Assembly (NCBI GenBank): GCA_039028615.1
Contig: JBCCHT010000005.1
Location: 1-64,000, forward strand
Reading direction: 5' to 3'
Origin: Myxococcota bacterium
GTDB lineage: Bacteria; Myxococcota_A; Polyangia; Nannocystales; Nannocystaceae
Length of the DNA stretch: 64,000 nt
Shown: positions 47,514-60,435 of the stretch, piece after piece
Position numbering within the stretch: position 1 is the first letter of the stretch
How the letters are laid out: each line of letters begins with the position of its first letter
Program-made: the position numbers and the translations under genes
Notes under the pieces: model-generated
Databases searched by the model: none
What the model saw: the letters and a program-made list of their open reading frames with translations, nothing else
What the model was told of the DNA's origin: nothing

Positions 47514-48761
47514 TCAGAGCACGCCGTCGATGACCCGGCCGCCGTCGACCATCGACAGCGGGCGCCCGGCGGCGGTCATGCGGGTCTCGTTGGGATCGAG
47601 GCCCATCGCCACCGCGGCGGTGCGCATGAGGTCGGGGACGGAGACCGGCTGCTCGGTGATCTCGTAGCCATCGCTGCTGGTGGCGCCGATGACCTGACCG
47701 GCGGTGGCCCCACCTCCCGCCATGAGCATGCTGGCGCAGGCGGGGAAGTGGTCGCGTCCGCCTCGGCCGTTGATCCGCGGGGTCCGGCCGAAGTCTCCGA
47801 CGCACAGCACCAGGGTCTCGTCGAGCAGGCCGTGGGCCTCGAGGTCGTCGAGCAGGGCCGACATCCCGCGGTCGAGCTCGCCGCTCAGGTAGCGCACGCG
47901 CTCGAAGTTGTTGTCGTGGGTGTCCCAGCCCTGCAGGCCGACCTCGATGAAGGGCACGCCCACTTCCACGAGGCGCCGGGCCATGAGGCAGCCCTGGGCG
48001 AAGCGCGAGTCGCCGTAGCGGTCGCGGATGCGCTGGGGCTCGCGGGACAGGTCGAAGGCGGCGGTGGCCGTGCTCGACATCATGGCCAGCGCCTGCTCGA
48101 CGACGTCGTCATGCCCGCCGACTTGGTTCGAGGGGTGCTTGCGGCCGAAGTCGCTTTGCAGCGCGCGCCACATCTCGGTCCGGCTGCGCTGTCGAGCGTC
48201 GCTGATGGGGCGCGAGGGGGTCATGTTGCGCACGGGACGGGCGGCGTTGCGCACCACGAAGGGCGCCCGCGATGCACCGAGGAAGCCCGGGCCCTGCCCG
48301 GGAGCATCGATGGCCACGTAGCCGGGCAGGTCTCCCGATTGCCGGGACTCGGCCACCCAAGAGCCGAGCGCGGGCGGGCGGGCGCCACCCTGCGGGGCGT
48401 ACCCGGTGTGCATCAGGTGCCGGGAACGGGTGTGGTTGCCCTCGCGAGAGGTCAGCGAGCGGATGAGCGTGGTCTTGTGCAGGCGCTGGGCCAGGCCGGG
48501 CAGGTGCTCGGAGATCCGTACGCCCGTCAGCGAGGTGCGAATGGCCGAGAACTCGCCTCCGGTCGATTGCCCCGGCTTGGGGTCGAAGGTGTCGATCTGA
48601 CTCATGCCGCCGTGCATGAACAGCAAGATGCAGGCGCGGGCGCGCCCCCCTTGGGCGGGGGCGACGGTACGAGCAGCCGCCGCGGTGGCGACGGGTCGCA
48701 CGAGGGTGGCGGTGAGGGCTCCCAAGCCCAGCTGAAGCAGGTTGCGTCGGTGCAGTGCCAT
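47514..48761 (-). CDS. DUF1501 family protein, Tat-exported
   Basis: RRNLL twin-arginine signal; GGMSQIDTFDPKP, CLMARRLVEVGV, WDTH and FGRTPRIN...GRDH. Confidence 0.9.
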   Translation of the reverse strand: MALHRRNLLQLGLGALTATLVRPVATAAAARTVAPAQGGRARACILLFMHGGMSQIDTFDPKPGQSTGGEFSAIRTSLTGVRISEHLPGLAQRLHKTTLIRSLTSREGNHTRSRHLMHTGYAPQGGARPPALGSWVAESRQSGDLPGYVAIDAPGQGPGFLGASRAPFVVRNAARPVRNMTPSRPISDARQRSRTEMWRALQSDFGRKHPSNQVGGHDDVVEQALAMMSSTATAAFDLSREPQRIRDRYGDSRFAQGCLMARRLVEVGVPFIEVGLQGWDTHDNNFERVRYLSGELDRGMSALLDDLEAHGLLDETLVLCVGDFGRTPRINGRGGRDHFPACASMLMAGGGATAGQVIGATSSDGYEITEQPVSVPDLMRTAAVAMGLDPNETRMTAAGRPLSMVDGGRVIDGVL

Positions 48762-48776
48762 GGTGCTCGGTCCGTT

Positions 48777-50435
48777 TCAGTGCAGGGTGAGAAACTCGCT
48801 GGAGACCAGCATCGCGTGCATGAGGTCTTCGTAGGCGCCACGGGTGTTGCCCTGATCGGTCATCGTGGCGACGAGGGAGGTGCGGCGGTCCGGGCTCGGG
48901 GCGCGGCCGTACAGGCGCCAGAACAACGCGTCGATGCGGGCCCCCGGTTCCTCGTGCGTGTCGAGGATCTGGGACAGCGCGCCGTCGGAGGCGGCGACCC
49001 CTTGGTTGGTCAGCTCGCCGTTGAGCAGCAGCAGCGCTTGCGGGACGTTGCCCGTGAAGACGTCGGCGGCGCTCATCTCGTCGTCGTCGAAGACGAGGTC
49101 GAAGTCCTTTTGCAGCTGGCGGCGGCGGGTCTCGAGCTGGCGCCGGAACTTGCGGCCCTTGACGTCCTCGAGCCCGGTGGCGACCAGCAGGCTGCGCAAC
49201 AGCTGGGGGCCGCTCATGGGCCGCAGCGCGGCCTGGGCAAAGGCGCGCTCGCGGGCGGCCGAGCCCTCGTCGTCACCCTGGGAGCTGCGCTGGTACGCGC
49301 TCGACAGGGCGATCGTCTTCATCAGGTGGTGAAGGTCGTACCCGTGGGCGGCGAAGTCGGCCGCGAGATGCTCGAGCAGGGCCGGGTGATCGTTGTCGGC
49401 GAGCCCCCCCAGGTCGTCCCAGGGATCGACGATGCCGCGACCCATCATCTGCGCCCAGGTGCGATTGACGGTCGCCTTGGCGAAGAAGTCCGAGCCGATG
49501 ATACCGCGGGCCAGCGCCTGGCGGCGGGTCTCGTCGTTGCCCGGCATGGCATCGATGGCCGGGAAGGCGGGGTCGACCCGAGGCCCGCTGCGATCGCCGG
49601 GGGCATCCTGCTCGGTCGGCATCCGCATCTCGCCGCGGGGCTTGTCGATGACGCGGAAGGCCTTGACCCCATCGAGGGTGGTGGAGCGACCGCGGGTGCG
49701 CGCGTAGTAGGCCGCCAGCCCGTAGAACTCCGCCTGCGTGAAGCGGTCGTCGGGGTCGTCGTGGCACTGGGCGCACTGCAGCTGGAGACCGAGGAACACC
49801 CGCGCCGTCTGTCCGGTGAGCGCCTCGACCCGGTTGCCCCGACCGTTGACCAGCAAGAACCCGCCCGGGGCGTGCTCGGTCGCGGTGAGCATCTCGCGGG
49901 TGAGCTCGTCCCAGGTCGCGCCGTCGAGCAGCCGCCCCTCGAGCCAGGTGTGGAAGGCGTTGGCGAAGCGCGGTCGCTGCTGGGCCGCGTCGCCGAGCAA
50001 CAGGTCGCCCAGGATCTGCGACCAGTGCTCGGCCCAGGCGTCGCGCTGCAGCAGGTCGTCGACCGCCGCCGCCCGCTTGTCCGGCGACGTGTCGGCGGCG
50101 AAGCGCTGGGCTTCCTCTGTCGTGGGGATGCGGCCGATGAGGTCCAGGGTCACCCGCCGCAGGAACTCGGCGTCGTCGACCTCGGTCGTGGGCTGTACGC
50201 CCGCCGCGTTCCATTGCGCCGCGATCAGGGCGTCGAGGCCCTCACCGTCGACGGCGGCGTTCGAGGGGACGGTCGGGCTCGGACCGGTGGGGGAGTCCGT
50301 GCCGCGGTCGGAGGTGGAGCAGCCGCCCACCGCCGCGACGATGAACAACGCCGCGAGCGAGGAGGCAGACCGCCGTGCTCGGTTCCGGGAGGTCGATGGG
50401 GGACGGCTCACGAATGCAGCGTGCACGCGCGGCAT
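48777..50435 (-). CDS. DUF1549/DUF1553 domain protein with CxxCH
   Basis: FLRRVTLDLIGRIPT, FLGLQLQCAQCHD, VNRTWAQMMGRGIV and QALLLLNG. Confidence 0.88.
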   Translation of the reverse strand: MPRVHAAFVSRPPSTSRNRARRSASSLAALFIVAAVGGCSTSDRGTDSPTGPSPTVPSNAAVDGEGLDALIAAQWNAAGVQPTTEVDDAEFLRRVTLDLIGRIPTTEEAQRFAADTSPDKRAAAVDDLLQRDAWAEHWSQILGDLLLGDAAQQRPRFANAFHTWLEGRLLDGATWDELTREMLTATEHAPGGFLLVNGRGNRVEALTGQTARVFLGLQLQCAQCHDDPDDRFTQAEFYGLAAYYARTRGRSTTLDGVKAFRVIDKPRGEMRMPTEQDAPGDRSGPRVDPAFPAIDAMPGNDETRRQALARGIIGSDFFAKATVNRTWAQMMGRGIVDPWDDLGGLADNDHPALLEHLAADFAAHGYDLHHLMKTIALSSAYQRSSQGDDEGSAARERAFAQAALRPMSGPQLLRSLLVATGLEDVKGRKFRRQLETRRRQLQKDFDLVFDDDEMSAADVFTGNVPQALLLLNGELTNQGVAASDGALSQILDTHEEPGARIDALFWRLYGRAPSPDRRTSLVATMTDQGNTRGAYEDLMHAMLVSSEFLTLH

Positions 50436-50532
50436 GGTAGCGGCCGCTCGTTTAACGGTGAGTTTACCCGCCGTTTTCGGGGTTCGGTCGGCCCGAGGGG
50501 TCATTGCTCCAGCACCGTGGTGGGTCGATCCC

Positions 50533-53500
50533 TCAGGGGAGGGGGTGACCCTGGAGCCAGGCCGTGGCGCGTGCGCGCAGCCGGTCCGCGGCGTCGTCTT
50601 CGGTCGCGGCCGCGCGCTCGGCCAGCGTGCGGGCCCGGGCGCGCTCGGCCGGGTCGGACCACAGCGCCTGCGCCAGCGCGAGGCGGACCTGCGCGAACTC
50701 GACGGGCGGGACTTCACCGCGCTCGGACAGCGCCATCGCCCTCTCGGCGTACTGCCGGGCGACCACGACCCGGCCGCGTTCGAACTCCAGCTCGGACAGG
50801 ATCACCAGCGGGCCGACGAGGCGAGGGTGATCGGGGCCGAGGGATTGGTCGAAGACGGCCAGGGATCGCTCTTCGTGCTCGCGGGACGCCTCGAGGTCGC
50901 CATGCTGCCGTAGCTGCTTCCCGAGCTCGTGCAGGGTGTTGCCGACCCGGGCGTGTTCGGGGCCGAGCGCCTCTTGCTTGATCGCCAGGGCGCGCCGCAG
51001 CGCCTCGAGGGCTTTGTCGGAGTCGCCGCGCATGCCGTGCACGACGCCGAGGCCATCGAGGACCGAAGCGACGTGAGGGTGTTCGGGTCCGTGCGTTCGC
51101 TCGAAGATGCCCAGAGCCCGTTCATAGGGGGCGAAAGCCTCGTCGGTGCGGCCCAGCTCCGACAGGGCGTTGGCCAGGCCATTGAGCGAGTAGCCGACCT
51201 GGGCGTGGTCGGCCCCGTAGGTTTTCTCGCGGATGGCCAAGGCGCGGCGATGGAGGGCCACGGACTCAACGAGGTTGCCTCGCTGGTGCTGGACCACGGC
51301 CAGGTTGCTCAGCGAGTACGAGACCGCGGGGTGCTCCGGGCCAAACGCTCGCTCGCGGATCTCGAGAGCCTGGCGCTGGTACTGCATCGACTCTTCGAGG
51401 CGGCCGAGGTCGGCGAGGTTCGCCCCGATGTTCCCCAGCGCGACCGCGATGGAAGGGTGCTGCGGTCCGAGGTGATCGATGTAGATCGACAGCGCTCGCT
51501 CTTGGTGCTCGAGTGCGTCCTCGTAGTCGCCGCGATGGCCCAGCGCGTTGCCGATGGACTCGAGGGCGCTCGCGACTGCGAAGGAGTCGGGCCCGGAAAT
51601 CTCCTCGCGAATCTCGAGGGCGTGACGGAACTGCTCGAGGCTCTCGTCCTGCTGTCCTTGTTCGAGGCGCAGCGCGCCGATGCCCATGAGGGCGTCGGCT
51701 TCGTGGGCGCGATCACCATGCGGCCCTCGGGCGGTCGCCAAGGCGGTGATGCTCCACTGCAGGCCGGCATCGTGGTTCGCGAGGTCGTATCCGACGATCC
51801 AGGTCAAGGATTCCGCGGCGGCCCGAGCCGCAGCCGCGTACCCGGCTTCGAGGGCCACGGCGTAGGAACGCTCGAGATCGGCCCGGGCGTCTTCGAAGCG
51901 CCCCGCGGAGTACCGAGCCCGGCCGCGTCGACGCAGCGCTTCGGCGAGCAAGGGGAGGTAGCCGAGCTCTTCGGCCCGCCGTGCCGCGACCTCGCTGATC
52001 GGCTTGGCCTGGTCGTACATGCCCGCCGCGGCGAGGGCCCGCGCGGACTCGAGACGTTCGCGGACCGCCTCGACCTCGAAGGCGGTGGCCGGGTCATCGG
52101 GCGGAGGCAGCTCGGCGTGCAGAGCCTCGATGTTGTCGCAGTGCTCGAGCGAGGGGAGCTTCATCACCAGGTTCATCGATTTCTCGATGACCTTGGGCTG
52201 GGCGTGGCCGAGCACCCGCACCGTCTGCTCGAGCGCGACCCGCCGGTTGCGCAGGCAGCTCATGCGAAGCTCCATCGTCTCCGGGGTCTGCTCACCTCGG
52301 ATCGTGGTCGCGGCGCAGGCCTCGGTGTACATCCCGGACCACGAGGAGACGTAGTCGTCGATGCCGGCGTCGATGCGCGGCCACAGCTCGGCGGCATAGG
52401 GCACGTCGGTCGCGAGGAATGCCTCGCGGGTCGCCGTGCGCTGCTCCTCGTCCCACACCCCCCGCAGCTGCACCGTGGCTCCACTGCACTGCTGCTCCGG
52501 GTCGAGGTAGGCGTTGGCGCTCCAGCCTCCGGCCACGGCCAGGACGCCGACGCCGAGCCCCATCATCGTCCACCGTCGTCGTCGCCGACGATCGACCACC
52601 GATTGCAGCGCCGAGAGCAGGGCGTTCATCGAGGGCCAGCGGCGGTCGGGTGCGTTGGCCAGCCCGCGCAGCAGCACCCTTCGAAGGGGGCGAGGCACGG
52701 GGGTCCCGGGGGGCGCGGGTGCGACTCGTTCGTCGACCATCGCGGCCAGCCGCTCGCCCATCGTCTGGCCCGGGTGGGGTCGCTGCCCGTATAGAGCCTC
52801 GTAGAGCGCAACGCAGAAGCTGAACTGGTCGCTGCGCGCCTCGGCCTTGCCTCGCTGGTGTTGCTCGAGAGCCATATAGGCCGGCGTGCCCATCAGCGCT
52901 CCCGTTCGCGTCAGCGTGGTGGGCTCCTGGCCATCGGGGGGCGGCTCTTCGCTCGAGGGATCGACGTCCGAGCCGTCGTCGTCGACCGCTCGCACGACGC
53001 CGAAGTCCAGGACCCGCACTCGGCCATGCTCGTCGACCATGGCGTTGCTCGGCTTGAAGTCCCGGTGGACCAGCCCGACCTCGTGGGCGGCGGCCAGGCC
53101 TCGGCCCGCTTGCAGGTACAGGTCGAGGGCCCGCGGCCACGGCACGGGAGGCTCGGTGCGGACGACCTGCTCCAGCGTGCGCCCGTTCACCAGCTCCATC
53201 GCGACGTAGGTTCGGCCCTCGACGTGCCCGACCTCGTAGACCTGCACCACGTTGGGGTGGGACAGCTTGGCCATCGCCTGTGCCTCGCGGCGGAGCCGGC
53301 TGGTGTCTGCCGTGTCGACCTCGTGATGCAGGAGCTTGAGGGCGACACGGCGGTCGAGCTGCGGATCGAAGCCTCGCAGCACCGTGCCCATGCCCCCGCG
53401 CCCCAACGTGCCCTGCACGACGTAGCGATCGAGCAGGCGGGGCGCGTCGGGCTCGAGCGCGGGTCGGTCGGACGCATCGCCGTCACCCGCGATCGTGGCT

Positions 53501-53583
53501 CGATCGGAGGGCTTGAGCGTGTGAAGAGCATCGAGCCCGGTGGCCTCGGCCTCCGAGTGGTCGTGCTCGGAAGAACCTGCCAC
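50533..53583 (-). CDS. Ser/Thr protein kinase with TM segment and TPR repeats
   Basis: GRGGMG, HRDFKPSN and DFG; many GPEHP TPR repeats; paralog of 30675-33812. Confidence 0.9.
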   Translation of the reverse strand: MAGSSEHDHSEAEATGLDALHTLKPSDRATIAGDGDASDRPALEPDAPRLLDRYVVQGTLGRGGMGTVLRGFDPQLDRRVALKLLHHEVDTADTSRLRREAQAMAKLSHPNVVQVYEVGHVEGRTYVAMELVNGRTLEQVVRTEPPVPWPRALDLYLQAGRGLAAAHEVGLVHRDFKPSNAMVDEHGRVRVLDFGVVRAVDDDGSDVDPSSEEPPPDGQEPTTLTRTGALMGTPAYMALEQHQRGKAEARSDQFSFCVALYEALYGQRPHPGQTMGERLAAMVDERVAPAPPGTPVPRPLRRVLLRGLANAPDRRWPSMNALLSALQSVVDRRRRRRWTMMGLGVGVLAVAGGWSANAYLDPEQQCSGATVQLRGVWDEEQRTATREAFLATDVPYAAELWPRIDAGIDDYVSSWSGMYTEACAATTIRGEQTPETMELRMSCLRNRRVALEQTVRVLGHAQPKVIEKSMNLVMKLPSLEHCDNIEALHAELPPPDDPATAFEVEAVRERLESARALAAAGMYDQAKPISEVAARRAEELGYLPLLAEALRRRGRARYSAGRFEDARADLERSYAVALEAGYAAAARAAAESLTWIVGYDLANHDAGLQWSITALATARGPHGDRAHEADALMGIGALRLEQGQQDESLEQFRHALEIREEISGPDSFAVASALESIGNALGHRGDYEDALEHQERALSIYIDHLGPQHPSIAVALGNIGANLADLGRLEESMQYQRQALEIRERAFGPEHPAVSYSLSNLAVVQHQRGNLVESVALHRRALAIREKTYGADHAQVGYSLNGLANALSELGRTDEAFAPYERALGIFERTHGPEHPHVASVLDGLGVVHGMRGDSDKALEALRRALAIKQEALGPEHARVGNTLHELGKQLRQHGDLEASREHEERSLAVFDQSLGPDHPRLVGPLVILSELEFERGRVVVARQYAERAMALSERGEVPPVEFAQVRLALAQALWSDPAERARARTLAERAAATEDDAADRLRARATAWLQGHPLP

Positions 53584-53743
53584 CGCGGACGACGATACCG
53601 GTAACCGTCGACGATCTTCTACCGTCCCGCTCGGTCGTCGATGGTCGGGACCGAAGCCGAACCGAGCTCGAGTGCAGCGCCGACATCTCGTTGCATCGGC
53701 CTCGGAGCGCCACTCCCGAGGGCGAAAACGAGCTATTTGCGGG

Positions 53744-54535
53744 TCACCAGTGTTGTGGCGCGTAGCGACGTCGGCGGCGAATCATCGCCCACTGGCCCGC
53801 GATCAGGCGGTAGTCGAAGTCGGCGCCGTGACGATGCAGGAACTCGTTGATCGACTGGCGCGTGCCGGAGTGAAACCGGTCGTCGCAGATGAGCAGGCCG
53901 TCCTCGGCGAGCAGGGGTCGATCGACGAGCAGCGCTTCGAGATACCAAAGGTCGTTGGGATACTTGTGGTTCGTATCCATATAGACGGCCGAGATGCCCT
54001 CGGGGTGCATGGCTCGCAGGCCCTCGATGTGATGCTCGAAGATGTCTTCGATCCACGTCACTCGACCGGGCAAGGGCACCAGCTGACGGAGCTCCTCGTA
54101 GACGGCGGTGCGATCGGGCATCGGCTCGAACGCGATCACCTTGGCGCGAGGGAAGTGCTCCTGCACGCTGAGTACGGTCGTGCCACAGCACGCCCCGAAC
54201 TCGAGGTAGGTGGTGGGGCCGTCGGGTCCCAGCTTGCGCAGCTCGGGCAGGCAGAACGCCCGAAAGGCCCGAATCGACGTGATCGAGTAGGCCAGGGCGC
54301 CCGCCCGCCGACCGTGGGCAATCTTGCGACCCCCTGCGGCGGCGAAGTTGTCACCCCGCCGATTTGTCCATCGTCGTTCGTTGTCTGGATCCGCTTGCTT
54401 CCACTGCGCCAGACCGAGTTCGACCCGTGACGGGCCATCGAATACCGATCGAGTCAGTCGTACGAGACCGGCGGCAGTCCCTGCGATCGACGGTAGACGA
54501 GTGGCCTCGCGGATCCCCGCGTACCAACCATGCAT
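53744..54535 (-). CDS. Class I SAM-dependent methyltransferase
   Basis: YLEFGACCG, YMDTNH and GLLICDD motifs. Confidence 0.7.
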   Translation of the reverse strand: MHGWYAGIREATRLPSIAGTAAGLVRLTRSVFDGPSRVELGLAQWKQADPDNERRWTNRRGDNFAAAGGRKIAHGRRAGALAYSITSIRAFRAFCLPELRKLGPDGPTTYLEFGACCGTTVLSVQEHFPRAKVIAFEPMPDRTAVYEELRQLVPLPGRVTWIEDIFEHHIEGLRAMHPEGISAVYMDTNHKYPNDLWYLEALLVDRPLLAEDGLLICDDRFHSGTRQSINEFLHRHGADFDYRLIAGQWAMIRRRRRYAPQHW

Positions 54536-54551
54536 ATGTTTGCAACCTCCG

Positions 54552-55712
54552 CTATTTCGGGTAGTCGCACGACTTCGTCATTGGATGCATCGAGTTTTGA
54601 TTCGATAGTTCCACCGCCAACATGAGGAATGCCCCGACGCCGTAGTCGATGTCGGAGCGTCGGGGCACGCTGGCGTAGCCGGCCCGGCTCGATGGAATGG
54701 TGGGCCCTGAGATGCCCGCGAGCGACAGACCATCGCGCTTCGATCGTAGGCGAGCCCGTAGCGCATCCATGGCGCGGACACCCGCGTCGTGAGCCGTGGC
54801 AGGAATCAGGCCGAGGCGTGCTCCCTTGGCCAGGGCGTAGCCGACCAGCGCGGTGCCGGAGGACTCTACGTAGGTTTGCGAGTCGTCGAGGACGGTCGTC
54901 CACGAACCATCGGCTCGCTGGTGTTCCAGCAGCGCCGCGGCGAGCGTCTGGAGCAGGGCGAGGTTCCTGGCGTCGCGACGGTGCTGCAGCATGTCGACCA
55001 AGGCGCAGGCTACCCAGCCATTGCCGCGGAGCCAGAAGACCGGCGCACGGGGACGAGCCCGGCCGCGCTCGTAGAGGTAGGCATGGCGAAACAGGCCCGT
55101 GTACGGGTCTTGGAGGGCACGGGCGAAGAGGGCGGGCTGGCGGTGGCCGAAGTCCGCGAGGGCCGGATCGGGCAGCCATGCGCCAGCGAGCGCCGCGGGC
55201 AGGGCGTACATCATCAAGGAGTCGATCCAGATCGACTTGGGGTACAGCGCAGCCAAGGCGGTGCCGTGCCCGAGGTGATCGAGGGCACCGAGTCGATTCC
55301 GAGGCTGGGTCCGCAAGAACTCCGCGACGGGGGCCACGGCCCTCCGAGCCGCCGCATCACCGATGAGGTCTCGAGCGGCCGCGGCCGCCAGCGCGGGCGC
55401 ACAGTGGTCGGGCATGACGATCCGCGGTGTTCCGTCATGGTGTCGGAAGTAGTCGGCGACGAAGGTGGCGACGGGACCCGTCGTCTGTCCCGTGGCCGTC
55501 GCCACGCGAGCCAGGCCGAGCATGGCGATGGCACCGTCCCATCGCCAAGGCACGCGCTGCGGCGAGTGCCGATGCACGAAGCGCGCGGCGAGGCCTCGGG
55601 CGAGCGCGAGGGCAGACCCATCGCCGGAGTGTTCCGTCGGTCGGCCATGCGCACAGCCCAACGCGCAGGTCAGCCCTCCGACGAAGGCCCTGCGGCTGAC
55701 ACGACGGGTCAT
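54552..55712 (-). CDS. Glycoside hydrolase GH88/GH105 (unsaturated uronyl hydrolase), Tat-exported
   Basis: SRRAF twin-arginine signal; WIDSLMM, GLFRH, FWLRGNGW, YVESSGTAL and YGVGAFL. Confidence 0.8.
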   Translation of the reverse strand: MTRRVSRRAFVGGLTCALGCAHGRPTEHSGDGSALALARGLAARFVHRHSPQRVPWRWDGAIAMLGLARVATATGQTTGPVATFVADYFRHHDGTPRIVMPDHCAPALAAAAARDLIGDAAARRAVAPVAEFLRTQPRNRLGALDHLGHGTALAALYPKSIWIDSLMMYALPAALAGAWLPDPALADFGHRQPALFARALQDPYTGLFRHAYLYERGRARPRAPVFWLRGNGWVACALVDMLQHRRDARNLALLQTLAAALLEHQRADGSWTTVLDDSQTYVESSGTALVGYALAKGARLGLIPATAHDAGVRAMDALRARLRSKRDGLSLAGISGPTIPSSRAGYASVPRRSDIDYGVGAFLMLAVELSNQNSMHPMTKSCDYPK

Positions 55713-55792
55713 GGGGCGAACATGGAGATAGTCCGCGTCGACGGAGGATGGATCCATCTCGATCCGCCCCCTCGCTCCCGCGGTCGAACCCC

Positions 55793-56503
55793 TCAGTCGC
55801 GCGCGTCGAGGTCTCGGCAGGTGGGCGAGGTCTGCACCGAGCGCGGGTCGGGGTTCGTGCCCATCACGGTGTCGACCATGGGCACGGTGAACCCGTGCCA
55901 GTAGGACTCGTTCTTGAAGTGGTGCAAACGGTGGCCCCGCCAGATGGCGCGGTAGTACCCGGAGCGCGGCCGGTAGGGCGTATGGGTCAAATAGTGCACC
56001 CACTCGTAGGCCAGCGCGGCGGCGGCCATCGAGGTCATGCCGGTCAGCGCGATGCCCAGGCTCGGCATGCCCAACCACCACACCAGCGCGTTGATGGGGA
56101 TGAGCGGCACGAGCACGCGCAAGGGCAAGAACACGTAGTCGAGGTTCCACGGCTCGCGGTGGTGGGCTCGGTGCTTGCGCGAGAAGATGGGGTCGACGAG
56201 GCGCCCGCGGAACCGAAACGGGCGCAGGTGCAGCAGCCAGATGTGCATCGTCCACTCTTGCAGCGGCCAGTAGATCGCCACGCCCAGCGCGGCGAACAGA
56301 TCACCCCAGCCAAAGCCGCCGTAGGTGAGGCGCAGCGCGAGCAACACGAGCAGGTGGGCGGCCAGAAGGCGCGGGCTGTCGTGGCGGAAGAACAGCACGG
56401 CCGCTTGTCGCAGCGTCTTGACGGAGGCCAGCGCGGGCGATCGACGTTCGTTTGGAGGGGTGTCCCCAGTAGGCGGAGCCATGACCGCGATGTCCAGCTG
56501 CAT
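55793..56503 (-). CDS. Fatty acid hydroxylase / sterol desaturase family membrane protein
   Basis: His boxes HIWLLH, HRAHH, HYLTH and HRLHH. Confidence 0.85.
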   Translation of the reverse strand: MQLDIAVMAPPTGDTPPNERRSPALASVKTLRQAAVLFFRHDSPRLLAAHLLVLLALRLTYGGFGWGDLFAALGVAIYWPLQEWTMHIWLLHLRPFRFRGRLVDPIFSRKHRAHHREPWNLDYVFLPLRVLVPLIPINALVWWLGMPSLGIALTGMTSMAAAALAYEWVHYLTHTPYRPRSGYYRAIWRGHRLHHFKNESYWHGFTVPMVDTVMGTNPDPRSVQTSPTCRDLDARD

Positions 56504-56622
56504 GCATCGAGCCTACCGTGATTGGCGCCCGAAACGGTCTCAGACCGCGCCCGAGGCGCGGATGCCCACTCCCGGGACGAGACCCCCAGCCCGCGCCCCG
56601 AGTTGACGTACACTGTCGCTCC

Positions 56623-57651
56623 ATGCGGGCGAGGGCGAGACTGAGTTGGGCAACTGGACTGGTGGGTGGAGCGGCGATCGTGGCCGGGTGTTCGGTGGAG
56701 CCGCGCGGCGATCAAACGACGTTCGACAACCCGGTGAGCACCTCGCTCGACACCGGGCCGAGCACCCCCGACCCCTCCACCGGTAGCGGCGACGACTCGC
56801 TCGACGGCACGACCGACGAAGAGAAGCTCGACACGCCGGTCGCTCCGCCCGGAGGCGGCTGCGAGTACATCGACTTCCTGTTCGTCGTCGACAACTCGGC
56901 GTCGATGCAGACCTATCAGCTGGCCCTGACCGAGGAGTTCCCCAGCTTCATCACTGCGATGTACGACGCCCTGCCGCCGGCCATCGACGTGCACGTGGGC
57001 CTGACCACCACCGACTTCGACGCGGGCTGCGACGCCTCCGAGTCGACGCAGAACTGTCAGACCAACGCGAGCATCGAGGACGTCAACGCTCACTACCGTC
57101 GCCCCGACGAGGACAACGACATGGGCAACGGCACGCAGGGGCGGCTGTTCGAGTGGGCGGGTCAGCGCTACTTCGAGACCTCGTCCGACGACGATCCGGC
57201 CGAGCTCAGCAGCTGGTTTGCGGACGCGGCCGTGGCCGCGGGCGAAGAGGGGTGCTCGTTCGAGATGCCCGTCGCCGCCGCGGGCTTTGCCACGCACCCG
57301 GCCAACGCCGACGCCAACGAGGGCTTCTTGCGGGACGAGAGCGCCCTGCTCATCGTGTTCTTCCTGACGGACGAGCCCGACAAGTCGCCCGAGTCCGCGT
57401 CGATGGTCTATCAGCAGATGGTGCTCGACGCGAAGGCCGGCTGCGGCGGGGCGGATTGCGTGTTCGTCAGCGGCTTGGTGCCCGAGTGCATCACCGAGAA
57501 CAACCAGAAGCTGTGGCAGTTCATGAACCTCTTCGATGAAGAGGAGCCGCAGTGGGGCGACATCGAGAACACCGCGGAATACAGCACCATCTTCGGTGAC
57601 GCGCTGGCGGCTGCGATCGCCGAGGCCTGCGCGAACATCCCGATCCCGTAG
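56623..57651 (+). CDS. vWA-like lipoprotein (third paralog)
   Basis: IVAGC lipobox; CEYIDFLFVVDNSASM; NEGFLRDESALLIVFFLTDE. Confidence 0.8.
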   Translation: MRARARLSWATGLVGGAAIVAGCSVEPRGDQTTFDNPVSTSLDTGPSTPDPSTGSGDDSLDGTTDEEKLDTPVAPPGGGCEYIDFLFVVDNSASMQTYQLALTEEFPSFITAMYDALPPAIDVHVGLTTTDFDAGCDASESTQNCQTNASIEDVNAHYRRPDEDNDMGNGTQGRLFEWAGQRYFETSSDDDPAELSSWFADAAVAAGEEGCSFEMPVAAAGFATHPANADANEGFLRDESALLIVFFLTDEPDKSPESASMVYQQMVLDAKAGCGGADCVFVSGLVPECITENNQKLWQFMNLFDEEEPQWGDIENTAEYSTIFGDALAAAIAEACANIPIP

Positions 57652-57793
57652 CCGTCACCCGGCGGCGACCAACGCTCATCTCGAGAGCCCTCGCGAGGCG
57701 ATGACGCGGCCCCCATCGACGAGGGCCGCGTCGCCAATCCTCGAACTCTTGGATCGTCGTCACCGGGACGCCGGCGACACGTCCTTCGCCTGG

Positions 57794-60031
<2,238 letters not shown>

Positions 60032-60435
60032 CCAGAGACAGTGCGACGTGATGACGGGTCCTCGCGCCTCGTGAACACTCGCTTCACACTTCGGTTCGAT
60101 CGCTACCGTCGTTTACATCGACGAGCTCTTGGTATGCCGGGATATTGCAAATTCAACCTCCAACCGCGCCTACGCGGCAGCGCGTGCTGCGTAGGCGACA
60201 GGCCTCCAGCGATTGGGCTCGAGTGAGAAAGCCTCCGACGAAATCCGGACTCCCTCCGGAAGGGTCGCGAGGACCTACTCGCACCAGGTGTTCGACGCGT
60301 GTTGCACAACGGTCACCTGATGTCGTTGGACTCAGTTGAATATCCTACATCGCGGGCTACCGTTCCCAACGGCTCGCCGAGCGTCGACCGGGGGAGGTCC
60401 AATCGCACGGCAGGCAGCCAAAGGGAAACGGGACA

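Noticed and set aside
60032..60435. Sigma54 promoter in the divergent region of the Phc-like pair
   Set aside because: The best candidate (CGGCATA-N4-GAGC, minus strand) has a poor -12 element and is not supportable.
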